From positions 5,022,001-5,086,000 of the forward strand of contig JBLDXI010000015.1 of assembly GCA_047495785.1 (NCBI GenBank): a stretch of DNA of 64,000 bases, in the 5' to 3' direction. The position numbers were made by a program, and so were the translations under genes. The notes beneath the pieces were generated by a model, which was not told the DNA's origin, searched no databases, and saw only the letters and a program-made list of their open reading frames with translations. Numbering within the stretch: the first letter of the stretch is position 1; the number at the start of each line of letters is the position of its first letter. The stretch is from Lepidodermella squamata (lineage: Eukaryota; Animalia; Gastrotricha). Shown in pieces: positions 1 through 13,800 of this stretch.

Positions 1-2011
1 TCCTTTCAAATGTCTTCGTCTGTTTTGCCTTTTTATTTGCGCTGTTTTCGGTTAAGTCTGAAAGTATTTCTCGGTGATTTAAGTTGCAGGTGATGGAAAC
101 AATGCCTTCGAATCTGCGTCATTTTAATTTCCCCCCTGTTGTTCCCTGACTTATTTTCTTTTTGCGATTGGGTTGAATTGTAAAAATTTGTAATGTTGTC
201 TTATATTATAACGCTGTTATTATTATTATTACTATTATTATATTGTAATCCTTATTAATCTTGTACCAAGCTGAAAACGCAGAATACGGCTGAGACATGT
301 CTTATTATATGTTGTTCGTTGTTGTATTATATATTAATTGTTTATTGAAATTATATGATGATCACCTCGATATTCTATGCAAATTTTGGTCGATTATTGC
401 GATTTTGAGCGCGGCATCGCAAGGCGGATTCGCGTCTTTATTGTTAATTGACGAATGGTCGATGGATTTTGTTGCCACTCATCCCAATCGCAATTATCGG
501 CTGCTTCATCTGCTTTCGCGCTTGACTCGCGCTCACGTTGTCAGTATGATGGTAGTTGGCGGCGACTCTGTGTGCTTTTTGAAATTCTTTGTGATCTATA
601 TGACAAATTGCTTATATTCTATGATTATTGATTCTAAATTTACGCTATATTTCTTCCGGTGTAATTCGGATATTTTAGTTTTGAGGCGGACATTTATTTT
701 TGACTTTTGTGAACTGACAGTATGCAAAGTGATGTGTGTAAATAATGTCAAGTATAAGTTTCAGGTGGTTTAAATCATAAACCGTTGAAAATCTATAAAA
801 AAATCGGAAAATTTGGAATTTTATGAGTGTTAAAGTTTTCTGTTGTTATGGTTACTCTAAACCGCTCGTCGAGTATATTTCGATGTTCGTCTGTACTTTT
901 ATCAACAGCACAAGGTTAAAAATCGTCATCTTCTTCCTTAAACTCGAATGAGTAAGAAAAACCATGTCTCTGTAATTTAAGGCGGCACTGTGTCATCTTT
1001 TATTGTTTTACGAAAAAAAATCTGTGCGATGTCCAACGCATGTTATATTAAAAAAATATTACCTCTTCCTCTCTGTAAATTCTCTCTACGCTGCTGACAC
1101 ATTGCGGAAACACTCTTCACGATTGCAAATTTCTGATTTCCGTCGATGACAAAGAACCTTATGGGGTTTGGATAAAGAAGTCGAACTGAAAGATTATATT
1201 CTATTCTCAGTGATTTAAGTCCTAATCTGATGAAATATATACTATATATAATATAATATACTATATTTAAGACGTCTTATTTACTTGAAAGTGATAGTTA
1301 TTCAAATAAAACGCAACCAATAGGCATTTCGTTTGAACTTTCACAATGAAAAAGTCGCCGGTTATAATTTGATGTCCCATGTTATCAAATGCCAACAACT
1401 TGGAACGAAGTCCCCCTCCCAGGTTGTGTGACCTATATTGTTTGACTGTTCTCGGCCACAGGGTTCGAAGGAACAGGTTGTCACGGAAAATAAGCTGCCG
1501 GAAAATCATGCTTTTTTGCCGTGGCAAGTGTAACCCCATTTCCAGTCTCCTGAGGTGACGCAAAATGCCGACCGAAAATTCGCATTTACACAAACTTGAG
1601 GTACATCTACAGGTTAAAGTCGATGCCAGGATTTCCAGTCAGACGTCATTCGAGCGTTTTACAGTACGAATTAAAAAATATTTTTGGAATGGCGCAATCC
1701 CCCTATCTAAGAGTCAGTGGGATAGGAGAAAAACGTTATATTCTACGTTACCCTAACGTCAGTGGAAAAACGAAGCTGATCGTTCTACGTTCTACGACAT
1801 GCGAGGACACGCTATCGAGCGCTGTCCTAAAATATCCTCAAAACAAACTGCAAAACAGGTGTGCGAAACAATTAATAAGGGCAATTTAAACGGAGTCGAT
1901 GATTTTATTTTTTAATACAGAAATCGCATGATGGTACAAGATAACTTTTAGCAAAAAGCTCTTAACAGTTATGTGTGACAAGGAAACGTGATTTGCATTT
2001 TACAGCTTGGG

Positions 2012-2741
2012 TCACTTGGATTGAGCGAGCAACTTGTCGATGTCCTTCGTGATCGAATTCGGCTCGGTAGTCGGAGCATAGCGGCTGATCGGCTTGCCAT
2101 CTGGATCGACAAGGAACTTGGTAAAGTTCCACTTGATTCCACTGAAAAAAACATTTTGCATAGAATACAGGTTTAATGACCGCGAAATTCTTACTCTCCA
2201 AACCATCCGCCTTGTTGATTCTTCAGGTACTTGTACAAGGGCGCAGCAGTGTCCCCATTGACATCAACTTTGTCGAACATGTCGAAGGTAATTCCCTTCT
2301 TCTTGATGAATTCCTTGATATCGGTCGAGCATCCTGGTTCTTGGCCACCGAATTGGTTGCAAGGGAAGCCGAGAATCGCCAGCTTTCCGTCGTACTTGGC
2401 GTAGCTAGAAATAATTACATTCCTCTGAGAACTAAGTAATCGACAAAGTCCTTACATCTCCTGGAGCTGCTTGTAGTTATTACCAGTTAGTCCACAGTTG
2501 GATGCAACATTGACGACCAGCGCTGGCTTTCCCCTGTAAGCAAAGCACAATTAAACCCAGTTCAAAACTTCAAATGCTTCTTCGAAAGATACTTGTATTT
2601 AGCAAGAGACACGTCCTGACCATCAATATCTTTGACAGTAAAATCGTAAACTGAAGAAGGTGAGGCAGCCTGAAATAGCAAGCGAGTTTGTTGAGAAAAA
2701 TGAGCTCTTATCTGTACAAGAGAAGAGAACATACGAACCAT
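2012..2741 (-). CDS. Glutathione peroxidase, GPx4/PHGPx-like, cysteine type; 5 coding exons, the first being the ATG only (2741-2739)
   Basis: Spliced translation [43 protein letters not shown]...[15 protein letters not shown]...[12 protein letters not shown]...AQSK*. It carries the GPx motifs NVASxCG, FPCNQF and KWNFTKFL. Four GT-AG introns restore one frame. Confidence 0.95.
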
Positions 2742-4828
2742 TGTTATTTAACGAGAGCCGCTTGAGAATTAATTCCAAAAATTCTAAATGGATGATTTTA
2801 CAAAAATGTAATACGAAAATTGAAATAATTCGACACATGACTAAAAGCTCATCACCAAAGTGAGATTCAAGATTCAAGTTTTTCTCCAGCCTCAAAAGGT
2901 CGGTAAAATCGATAGGGGATAAGGGAGTATGAAGCTGTCAATGTGGAAGGTGGATTTCCCATTGGGTAGCCTCAGTCAGTTATCGAATAAATATTATTCG
3001 GTGAGATTTTTGTTTCAAGTATGACTTCCCTTACGCGAAGATGTCAATTTGACCTACAAATTCGCCCTAAATTTGTGACAAGGGAGAAAAAATCGATTAA
3101 AGAAGGACAAATTCGTTTAAGATGAAGCCTTTGATTAAAGCCTTCCTGAGTACCTGATACGGGCTTCCTCATAATTGTACTTGGAATACTTAGCAGAAGT
3201 TCGACTTTGAATATATCAATATTATAAATTCAAATCTCAAAGAATCCACAACGATTAAAGATGGGAACATGGGTTGTATTATAGTGCAAGATCATATTGT
3301 GAACGAGGAGGATATTGTAGGCAATAATTAAGTTATGAGGAATCGTTTCGCAAAATTGAAGAGTTTTATAGCACAATAATTTAGTAAATACATGAATGAG
3401 CCGGCTTTACACGCGATATATAACCACATCTGGGTCAAAATCTGAAATTGGACATGTGATATTTGATATTCTGTGTGTGTACATGTTTTTTTTGAGTCAT
3501 AAAAGCCGCAGCGTCATGCAAATCGTGTCAAAAAATGCCCGACGTCCAAAGTACAAAGGTCGTTTTTGAAGTATAAGAAATACGTAGACGGCAATATACC
3601 TTTTCAGGGAGTACGAATTTGAGCAGGTCATAATAATTGCCATCGTTATCTGAGTGACTACTGAGCTTTCTTAAATATCCCAACGTCTTATCGCACGTTA
3701 TTATCCACGTACAACAGGAAACAATAGGTTCGATAAAGCTTGAGAAGGCTCAGCCAACACATGCTGTAGGATGCTTTCTTATGGACTAGGAAATTTCGAA
3801 TAGACGGTTGCTCGCATCTAAAAAACCGCTTCAGAATTTAAGAAATTAATAAAATAAGATTAAAGGGCATAAGCCATAAGCACCTGTGGCTCTTTTCCAA
3901 CAAAAGATGGAAGTTTTCTGCTGGCCTTTTGATTCGCACTCCACGGTCGATCGGCATCAGCTTCTTCTTTGCGAGCTGCTTTTACTATCTGCTTTAACTG
4001 CACTCAACGTCGTATTGCATTTCATCACCATTGATAAAAGGAGTCTCCGCTTAATTATTGTCATCATTTATTTATACAAAGGCGTTCTTGGAGGACGCGA
4101 CCTGTTTTGCTTTTTACACCAATCAATCAATAATCAAATCTAAAATCGTACGACAGCCACATCAGTAAATAACAATAATATATATATTTATAATCATCAT
4201 TCGCGGCAATAATGACAACAACGCCGCCGGCAAAATGCCTAAAAAATTGGCTCGTTACAATAAAATTTGCGACAATAAATCCGGAATGTGATTCACACGA
4301 GGTCATCGTGGCAAGACGGCGCTGGCTTTGGCAGGCAATAGCAGAGTGAGTAGATTCGCTTCATCTTTATCGGCATTCGATGCGCTTGGACAGGACGCAG
4401 AAAACAGATACGAAACGTAAAATAATGCAACATAGATTAGGTATTCGAGGACATGCGGGCGGGTCGTCGTCATTATCACGCGCGTCGGCTTCGAAATAAG
4501 TTATCGCATCTGTTTTTGTACAATTTGATAATCGCGCCTTCATCACGATCGACTTGTCGTATAGCCACTTTTTGTCTCAAACGCATTTAAAATGTGAATG
4601 TTTTTATAAATAATAGTAGGATGAGCAGGCGCGACGCCGCTTTGCGTGGCTCATCTTCTTCTCTCTGTTTTTGTACACACATCGGACTTCATCATCAGTA
4701 AAAGTATGGGCATCTATCGGCGTAGCAGGTTACAATACAGCTGGCTATTACGGCGCTACGTACGTGTAGTAAACGGTACAGAGAATAGATTAGAATAGAA
4801 AGGAAGGGAGCGGGAGGCGTCAATCTCA

Positions 4829-7800
4829 TCAACTAGTTATTGTCGTTGTGCGTAACCGCGGAAGAACGCCGCCGGGCGCCAGCGACGGCGCCGGCTGCTT
4901 GTGGTGCTCGTTTACTAGCGCGAGGGGGCCGCACGACGATGCCGGAGTCGAGGTGTCGAGAGCCGGGTCGAGGGCGCCGCTGCCGAACCGCGACGACGTC
5001 GCCGTCCGCTGCAGCGCCAGCGCGTCGCCGCTGCTCAGCGCCGCCGACGCCAACGTCGAGAACAAGTCTTGATCATGCTTCGAGCGCCTGGTTTAAAAAC
5101 AAACAACATTAAGAATTGAATTTCGAAGCAAGTAGACAATGCTTACCTTTGGCGCTTCCGCCGCACGAGGACGACGGCGACACAGAAGACACCGCCTATG
5201 CAAATGGCGGCGAGGCTGGCCAGAACGGCTGGCAGGACTAGGGACGGGGACGAAGATGAGGCCGACTCGAGGCTCGACTCGCCTAGGTTGAGCCCGCGCT
5301 CGGCACGCTGATACTGCGGCACAATCGGGCAGCTGGTGCTATCTAAAGTAGTAACAGAGACTCAATTTAAGAAGATGCTCAATAAGAATGTCAATTAACA
5401 CTTACTGAGTTTGTAGTCTCGCGGCAGGCACTGACGCAGCTCGTCGGGCCGTGCCGTGATTTCTTCGTCGGTCGCCTCGCGGAAGTCGGGCAAGCACTTG
5501 CAAGTTGTGGACGCGGCGTCACAGTACACAGACCGGTACATGTCGTAGCAGACGTTGGTGGCGTTGTCGCAGCGTTCGTTGACCAGCGCCTGGCGCTTGA
5601 CGATCGGCGAGACAGGCCGGCAGCGCGGCGGCTGGATCGTGTCGGTGGGCTCAAAGTCGGGCATGCACACGCACACCTGCTTCTGCGGGTCGCAGTACGA
5701 GCCGAATACGGAGCAAACCGACTCAGGGTTGCCGCAAGCCTGACCGAGCGCGAGAGCTCGGACGCAGGCGGTCTTGTCGGCGTTTGGCCAGAATCCGGGT
5801 TTGCAGACGCAGACGCGGTCAAGGCACGGCCGGTACGTGCAGATCGACTGCAGCGGGCAGCGGGTGTCTTCGATGCACGGCTGGTAGACCTTCTCCTGCT
5901 GGTTGATGATGTAGGCACGCAGGGCCGGTGCGCCGATCGCGCGCTTCTGCTGCGACATGGTGCGAGCGTCGTTGGACGCCAGGTCGGTTTCGGTCAAGTG
6001 CTCGTCGTAGCCGTCGAGGATCAAATCCTCGGCGATGTTGTCCTCGGGCCTGCCGAGTGGGATGATGCGGTCTTCGAACGAGTTGTAGTGGAAGCCGATG
6101 TAGTCGCCAGGCATGACCTGGATCTGGCTGTCGGCTGGTACCGGGTGCATCTGGTAGCCGGGGCCGGTCGTCACGAACGTGTTCTTCTGCACCTGAATCA
6201 TCATGCCTGATGCAAGTTTGCGCCACACGGCAAGGTGAACTGTCTGGCCGGCGGCTGCTGTGCTGAAGAACTCCCACCGTTTGATCCAGCCCTGGCAGCC
6301 GATGGGCAGGCTGGTGAAAATCTTCAGATTGCCACTTCGCCCGCTGTACCGCTCCCACTTGTTGTTCGTGTCTTGCAAGTTGTTCCAGTCGCAGTCGTCT
6401 GTAATTAAAAATGAAAAATTAGCGGATCCAATCAAATTTTCGAGTATTTTTTACCATTTGGCTTGCAAACTGGAGGATCGGTCCACTGTCCATTCGATTG
6501 GCAAGTAACTGTATCAGACTGGCCGACCATCATGTAGTTCGGTTCACATTGGTACTGGAACTGGCCTGGGCCCGAGCCAGAAACACGGGCATTCGGGACA
6601 TTTGGCAAACGGCCACAGCTGACAGTTGTAGCTGAAATCAGGCGAATAGAAATATTAGATAATTATTTAGAAAATGATCAGACTCTATTAACTCAGATTC
6701 TACTATGAAATTATCTGGCGTGTAAGTCTAAGCTTTAGAATTCAGAGTGGATGATGGCTGCGAAAAATCTAAAACCACACGAGATTGATTCATGTTACTT
6801 TTGAACTGATTTCCGAACTGATTCAGCTCAGCAAATGAATCCGATTCTTAAGCATAGCATAGGGTAAGGAGTGATTTCATTATTTTAGGGATTGGGTTGT
6901 TTAAAGGGTATCCAATAATTGGGCTAATAGGCTTACTTTGAACAACAGCCATGACAGATGGCAGACGCCAGTTGCTGAAATGAGGTCCAGTGAACTGAAC
7001 AAGACCACCGCTACGCATGATCTCGTCGTGGCTCGTGTCCTGAGCAAAACCGAAGCTGAATGATTCCTTAGGCTCACGAGGCGAGGATAGCGGGGTAGCG
7101 AATCCGATGCCCACGTCGCGCTGTGGTAGTTTAGTTTCCCTGATTTAAGTAAAAGAAAAAAAACAAGTTATGAACCAACTGTCACAAAGAACTTCCGAAT
7201 AGAGAAAGTATCCAAAAACCGTTCAGGTTTATAGAACCAGAGTAGAAATATAGGTAGATGAATATGAATAAATATGAAGAGTGCTTGATCGTTTGATCGA
7301 TCGGTTGAAAGTGAAGTAAAATTATTCCAGCTTAAAATCGTTACCTTCCGCGCTTATAAGTAAGCGTGTGTCTGATGAACAAAGTCAAGGTTAAATGAAG
7401 CGTTGCAAGCATTAGCGGGGAGAGAACAAACAACAAAAGGCAATGCAAAAAAATCAACAAAATCAAAGCGTGGCAATGATGCACGACGTAGTGACAATAT
7501 AATGAATGGCATGCGGATGGGTGATCGATATAGGGTGAGTGACGGCGGACTTACTTGTAGTGGACGCCGATGACGTCGCCCTTGAGCACAGGAATGACCT
7601 GGTCGTCATCGACATCGTACGTCGTCCAGCCGACCTTGGACGTCGACACCTTGGTGTAGCCGACGAGCCGGTACGAGTTTAGCAGGCCGCGTTCCTTGCG
7701 CCACACGCCCAGATAAATGACAGCCGAGTAGTTGCGGCTGAAAAAGTTCCACCGCGTTACAACACCGGGGCAGTCGAATGTGTAGTTGGTGTAGATGTTC

Positions 7801-10800
7801 AGGAACGACGTCGAGAAAACCATAGGCAGGCGGCTGCCGTTGCGACCAGCCGCGCACTCGTCTGTAATTAGAAAAATAAATTATTAAGCTGGATTGAAAA
7901 AAACTAAACCAACCATTTTTAACACAGACTGGGCGTGGAGTTGACCAGGTCTTGTCGTCCTGGCAAACAGAGCTGGAAATGCCACCCGAGAGGCCAGTGC
8001 CGGCGACGCAGGTGTAGTCTGCGCGTGAGTCGATGCGAGTGCCGTCGCTGAGCGAGTAACGGCCGTACGGTGTGGGTGGTGGCAAGCCGCACCCAGCCAG
8101 ACTGTCACCTCGAGCGAAAATAGCCGGAGCGATGCGATTCTGCACATCGACAGGGTCCATTGAGAGGTACCCGAACTTGGCCATGTCTTCTTGCAACTCG
8201 GCTTCGTTGATCGATTTCGACGTGAACACCGAGAACTGATGGGGAACCAGGGTGCCCGGGTGCAGCTCGTCGAAGTAGGAAATGAATTTCGGACCGTCAG
8301 CCGAGGCGAAGTGGATGCCGAGGAATGAGTCGGCGTCAACTTCGAACTGTTCGTTTTCAGGGATCTTGTAGATGTTGAGACCACGAGTCAGCACTGGTAC
8401 TCGGTTGGAGCCGACCAGGTAGTAAAGGCGGCCGCGGAACGAGCGCCACATGCTCAGGTAGATGACGGTGGTGTTGCCGAACGGCGCATCCGCCCAGAAA
8501 TGCCACTCCTTGATGCGGGCACTGCAGTTGAACTTGAAGTCTGGGAACACGTACAGCTGGCGGGGCAGGACGAGGCGGTTCTGGTTGGACGCGAGGGCCT
8601 CGCGACGACCGGCGACGCACGGGATCGACTGGTGCAACTCGCAGGTCGGTATTTCGGTCCAGCGACCATCGCTGCCGCAAGTTGCACGGCGCGGGCCGAT
8701 GATTTCGTACTCTTCGCGGCACTTGAACTGCACGACGTAGCCGGGCTTGTCGGCGCTGGACAAGTAGTCACTCTTGCCGAACTTGATATCAGGCTGGCCA
8801 CAGAATCCGGGCTCTGCAAATTTAAATTATGGGGTGCAATCTACAAAAAATGTCAGATGAACTTACTGCGAACGATGAGTTGTACGCTGGGCAGAATTGT
8901 CATTTTGTCGCGACCGTACCACGTGAAATTGCCGCTTTCGTCCGAACTGATGAACTGAGGCACTGAGTCCATGAGGCCGGCACTGGTTGACTTGTAGAAG
9001 CAGGTGACGAGATCGGTAGCGTTGAATGGGCCGAGGTTGGTCGCATCGGCGTGCGGGATGACGGCGAGAGATGAGCCTCGCAGACCAGCCACGGCGCCTT
9101 CTGTGTACGAGTCCGAGTCGTAGTAGTGGATGCCGATGAAGTCGCCGGGCAGGACGCGGAAAGTATCGGCGATCGGCAGCACAACACGGCCGATGCGGTT
9201 CGCGTACCAGATGGTTTCGTTAACCAGCGAGTACTGCGTGTCGTTCTGGCGAAGCGCTGCGTTCCAAACCACGCCGAGCGGGCGGTAGACGCGAAGGCCT
9301 ACCTCGGTACCGTCAGCCAGCGCCGAGTAGAACACCCAAGAATCAGCGTCACCGCCGCAAGTCGCCGCCAGGGTTGGACAGGCAAGGACGGCGCGAGTCA
9401 TTTGCGCGAGTTTCGTCTGTGGGACGCTCTTGCCAATGCGGCAGTTCTCGCCGGAAACGATGGCTGGGCAGGTCGGCAGGTCGGACCACGTAGTTCCGGT
9501 CTTGCAAGTGATGACGTTAGTTCCGTTGAGTTCACGCGTCTTGTCCGTGGCGCATCGCAGCTTGAGGGACGAGCCGGATGCGTACGGTCCAACGGGGCTG
9601 GAGCCGACATCGACTTCGAGCGACGAGTCCAACAGAGGCAATTTGCTGCAGCCGGTGAGCACGCACGTGATGTTAGGCGTCGCCCAGCGCAGGTTCGGGC
9701 TGCAAGTCAGGTAGACCGGGCCGGCTTGAGCGGGCGTCATAGCGTAGCCGGGTAAGCATGTCACAAGACGCTGCGAACCGACCGTGTCCTGGCCGACGTT
9801 GATGCTGGCGCCTGGGATTTCCGGAACGCGAATCGTACAACGTTCGGTGACATCTGGAAAATTTCATCAGTTGTTTATTTATTCGTTCATTTTTTTCAAT
9901 TTTTTTCTTGAGGCCAGTCTGCCGGACTGGTCAGTTGAAGGTTTCGTTCAAGGTTTTGGTTTAAAGAATTAAGCCACTAGTTATTTAAAAGTAATTAAAG
10001 TCCGCTAGCACGAACTCGTGTCATTAGCATCGACTTCTTGCAGTCATCACGTGTTGATATTAAGCCGCTCATCACGTAATGACATTAAGCTGCCTATTAT
10101 GAAAATTGAAAAAATACTTACTGCGCAAGCAGAGCGTTTGCACGCCTGAGCTGCCTACAAATTCCCACTGGCCGTTCTCGGTACACTGCGCTTCCTGCGG
10201 GCCGACCTGGAAGAAGCCGGTGTTGCAGATGTAACGGAACTTGGTGCCGCAAGTTCTCGACGGAACTGGGGGTGTCGTAAATGAGTATTGAACAGTCGGG
10301 ATGTTGCCGCACTCGGTTTGAGTACAAACTGGCGGCCTGATAACAGTCCAAGTGCCGTCGACAGCCGAGCACGTGACTGTAGCAATACCGCTGAGTTTGA
10401 AACACGGCGAGTTGCAGGTCGCTCGCGCCGCTGAGCCGCGGCGAACCGACCGCGCGCCGGCAACGTCCGCCGTCCACTGGCCGTTGGTAATTGCCGGCAG
10501 ATCGGCGATGCGGCACTCGTTGTCGCTAGGCACGCCGATCGGGTTCTCGGCGAGGGTGCACGACGGCAGGGCCGACCAGCCGCTCGACGAACACACGATG
10601 GAGCTCGGGCCGTTGAGAGCGTACTGCGAGTCGCAGACAATGTTACGGGTGTCTCCGACGTTCGAACCGCCCGGCATGACGCGGCCGTTGATGACGCTGC
10701 GAGGTTCGCCACAGCCACTCGAGCCACCCGGGCGCGACGCAGCTCCGGCGGCATCGGTATCATCCCGTGTGCAGGTCGGGTAGTCGCTCCAGCCGTTCGG

Positions 10801-13800
10801 CGTGCATGTGATCGAGTCGACGCCGGATCGGGTGTAGCCGTCGTCGCAGCTGATGTAGCGAACGTCGCCGAAACGGGTGCCACCAGGTCGGATGAGGCCG
10901 TTCGAGATGGATCGCGGAACACCGCAGTCTTTCGGCGAGCATGAAGTCGGTGGCGTCGGTGACCAGTTGCCGTTATCCTGGCAAACGACTGACCGGACAT
11001 TAGCTTCGTAGCCGGGTATGCAGATGATTTGACGGGTTGCGCCAACTCCGCTGTCACTTCCAGCTGTGATTGCGTTGAGAACCTGGAGATCAGGGCATCG
11101 CTTTGATTCCGCCGCTGTGAAAAACAACGAAGAGATAACAAATTAGCGATGGCTCGCAAATGAAAGCTGAAAATTGTAAAGATTGAAAGTGCGACAAAGA
11201 AATGAAATGCGCCCTTTAACCCGATTGACGTCAGATTAAATAATTATAAAGAATATTCGGAAAAAAATGAGGTAGAGCAGTTGAGAAAATATAGAGATTT
11301 CGAAGAGAGGATAGAACAGGAACCTGGTTCTTCGCACTGAATAGGCGGCGCCGGGTCCCAGCGGCCGTCTTTCGAGCAAGCGATCAGCGCCCACTGTTTG
11401 CGGTCGGAGAGCGCGAAGCCCGGGTTGCAGACGACGCGCCACGCGTTGCCGCGTTCTGCGCGCGAAGCCGTCGGCAACACCCGGGCGTTGCGAACCCGCG
11501 GCGGCGGACCGCACTTATACCTTTCGGCTAATAACACCAATGAAATTACACACAAAATAGTTACGAAACGGAAAAAAATGATCCAGTGCAAAAAAAATTA
11601 AATTCTATAACGACTCCGTTGATTCATAGATGTAGGTTGATGAAATCGAGCGATTGAACATACCTCTTGAGCAGGTTCCAGGTGTAGTCCATGACGCATC
11701 GGATCTGCAGGTAATCGAGCTCGGGCCGGAGAGCTGGAAGCCGAAATTACACTGAATGCTGCGAGTTGCACCAACTTCAGAGCTACCGCTGGTAATGAAA
11801 CCATTGGAGATGATTGGCTCGGCTCCGCACTCTGTCAAAATGTTTGAAAAAGACACAAAATGAGACAACTTGAAACGCCGAATTTCCTAGCGGAATATCA
11901 TGTTCAGGAAAAACATTTAGCCATTGAATTCCAACGCCAATTATAATAGGTAAAAAGCAACGAAAAAATAACGTTAAAAACCCCGAGTGTGATGTTGAAA
12001 GTCACAGTTAACAACGGGCAAGAATACGAATTAAATAATGGTAAAAATCTCTGCAGGCACTTTCATCACTTCTGTCATCTATCAACTACAATTAACGCTC
12101 ATCAAAAGTTATATTATCGAAAATGTCCAACACAAATGAGGGTAGTTCAGCCGAACGTAAATACGCAGAGGGGTTAACAGCACGAGCTTGGGTTATTTTC
12201 TTGGGTCCTTGCTTGACTTACCGACGAACGAGGCGACGACGCACGACCCGCCCGGGCTGGTCCAGGTGCCGTTCAGGTGACAGCGAAGGAATTCGCTGCC
12301 GCTGACGGCGAACCCTGGATCACAGGCCAGGCGTGCGAGCACGGCCAAGGCCGGGTCGTGGTTTACCGGCGCCAGAATGTAGCGGCCGTTCTCGACAAAC
12401 GGCACGTCTTCGCACACTTTTTTTATCACAAGAATACATACACATTAGAATCCTTGCAATCAAAAAATTCGCACACGAAAGGTATGTATAGATTATAGGT
12501 ATATAGGAAGAGAGCGGGAACATAAACGAAGGCGATGCGGTGAGGTTGAGGGAAACGGGAAAAACTGAACACAAAAGTGCGAGGCAAAAACAGATAGAGG
12601 ACGCGAGCAGCGCACATACTGGTTTTGACGCAGAGTCCCGGCTGGGTCCAGTGGCCGGTCGACAGGCACTGGATGATGTTGTTGCCCATGACTGTGAAGC
12701 CGACGGTGCACTTCAGCACGGCGATGGAGCCGAGCCGAGTGCCCGTCAGCTCGAACGCGCCGTTCATCGTCTCGGGCGGGTCGCCGCAATCTGTGTCACA
12801 CACATCATCGATGTTTTAATTCCGTTCGAAAAAAGGTTCGATTCAACAACATCAGCAATCGCCCAACGCAAGTATACGTTAGTGGTGGAATTGTGAACAA
12901 AGGACGGGAAAGAAAATGGTTGTAATAAGGGTGCATACTAATTGGCAGGCAGCGGCCAGGGGCTGCCCAAGTGCCGTTTCGAAGGCAAATCAGGAACTGC
13001 GAGATGCCGTCCCACACGTAGCCGTCGTGGCAGGCGATTATCCAGCGGCTCTCAACCCCGGTCTCTATCAAATTGGCGTTGCTGACGGTCGGCAGTTGAT
13101 CCGGCGAGCATTCTACGATGAATGGGGAAAATCAGCGTATTTTTCGTTAAAACACGAAGACAGCAACCAACTCCACAGCACGGCGTGACAGCGAACGTAA
13201 ACATAGAAAAACCAGCCAAAAAAGCGCCGATTTGTAACACAAACCACAGAAATAATAAATTGGACGCGCCGAAGCAGTTTGAAAAATAATAAAGCGCGGG
13301 CGAGATAAAGTGGCACCGACATTTTTCTCCACCAAAGCATTCGCGACGTAGTAAGAAAGAACGAAAATAGAATGAAGGAAATAGGCAAAGGTACCGTAAA
13401 ATAAAATATTTCAGGCGACAACGAAAATCCACAAAGCAAAGCGCTTCATAGGTATATATATATATATGATACATACGTAGGGAGGCGGCTTGGCACGAGC
13501 CATAGCTCAGCCAGTTGCCGTCGGCCTCGCAAACGACGCGGTTCGAGCCGCGCATCTCGAAGCCGGCGTTGCATATCAGAACGCCAACGTCGCCGACATT
13601 GAGGCCCTGCGTCATGACGACGCCGTTCTCAACGTACGGCTGATTCGTGTAGCAACCTGTTGATTGTTTTTTTTCACATCAAATCATCATTAAATTGAAT
13701 TTAACCCAGAAATTTAGGGTATTATTATACGATTAATTTTTGTCACACGGTAATTAAGCTAATGGCTCGTGTGGCATATTAAGAACAACGTACCAGCTTG

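Noticed and set aside
297-773. 158-aa plus-strand ORF
   Set aside because: Low-complexity T-rich sequence with no recognisable motif. It looks like UTR or intergenic DNA of a gene outside the window.
1267-1890. Possible transposon fragment after an AT microsatellite
   Set aside because: No TIR pair, TSD or recognisable protein motif found.
12052-12085. Possible 18-nt microexon (tag|ATGACAGAAGTGATGAAA|gtgcct) in the Sushi gene
   Set aside because: Frame-compatible, but the donor is poor and there is no pyrimidine tract. Not supportable without reads.
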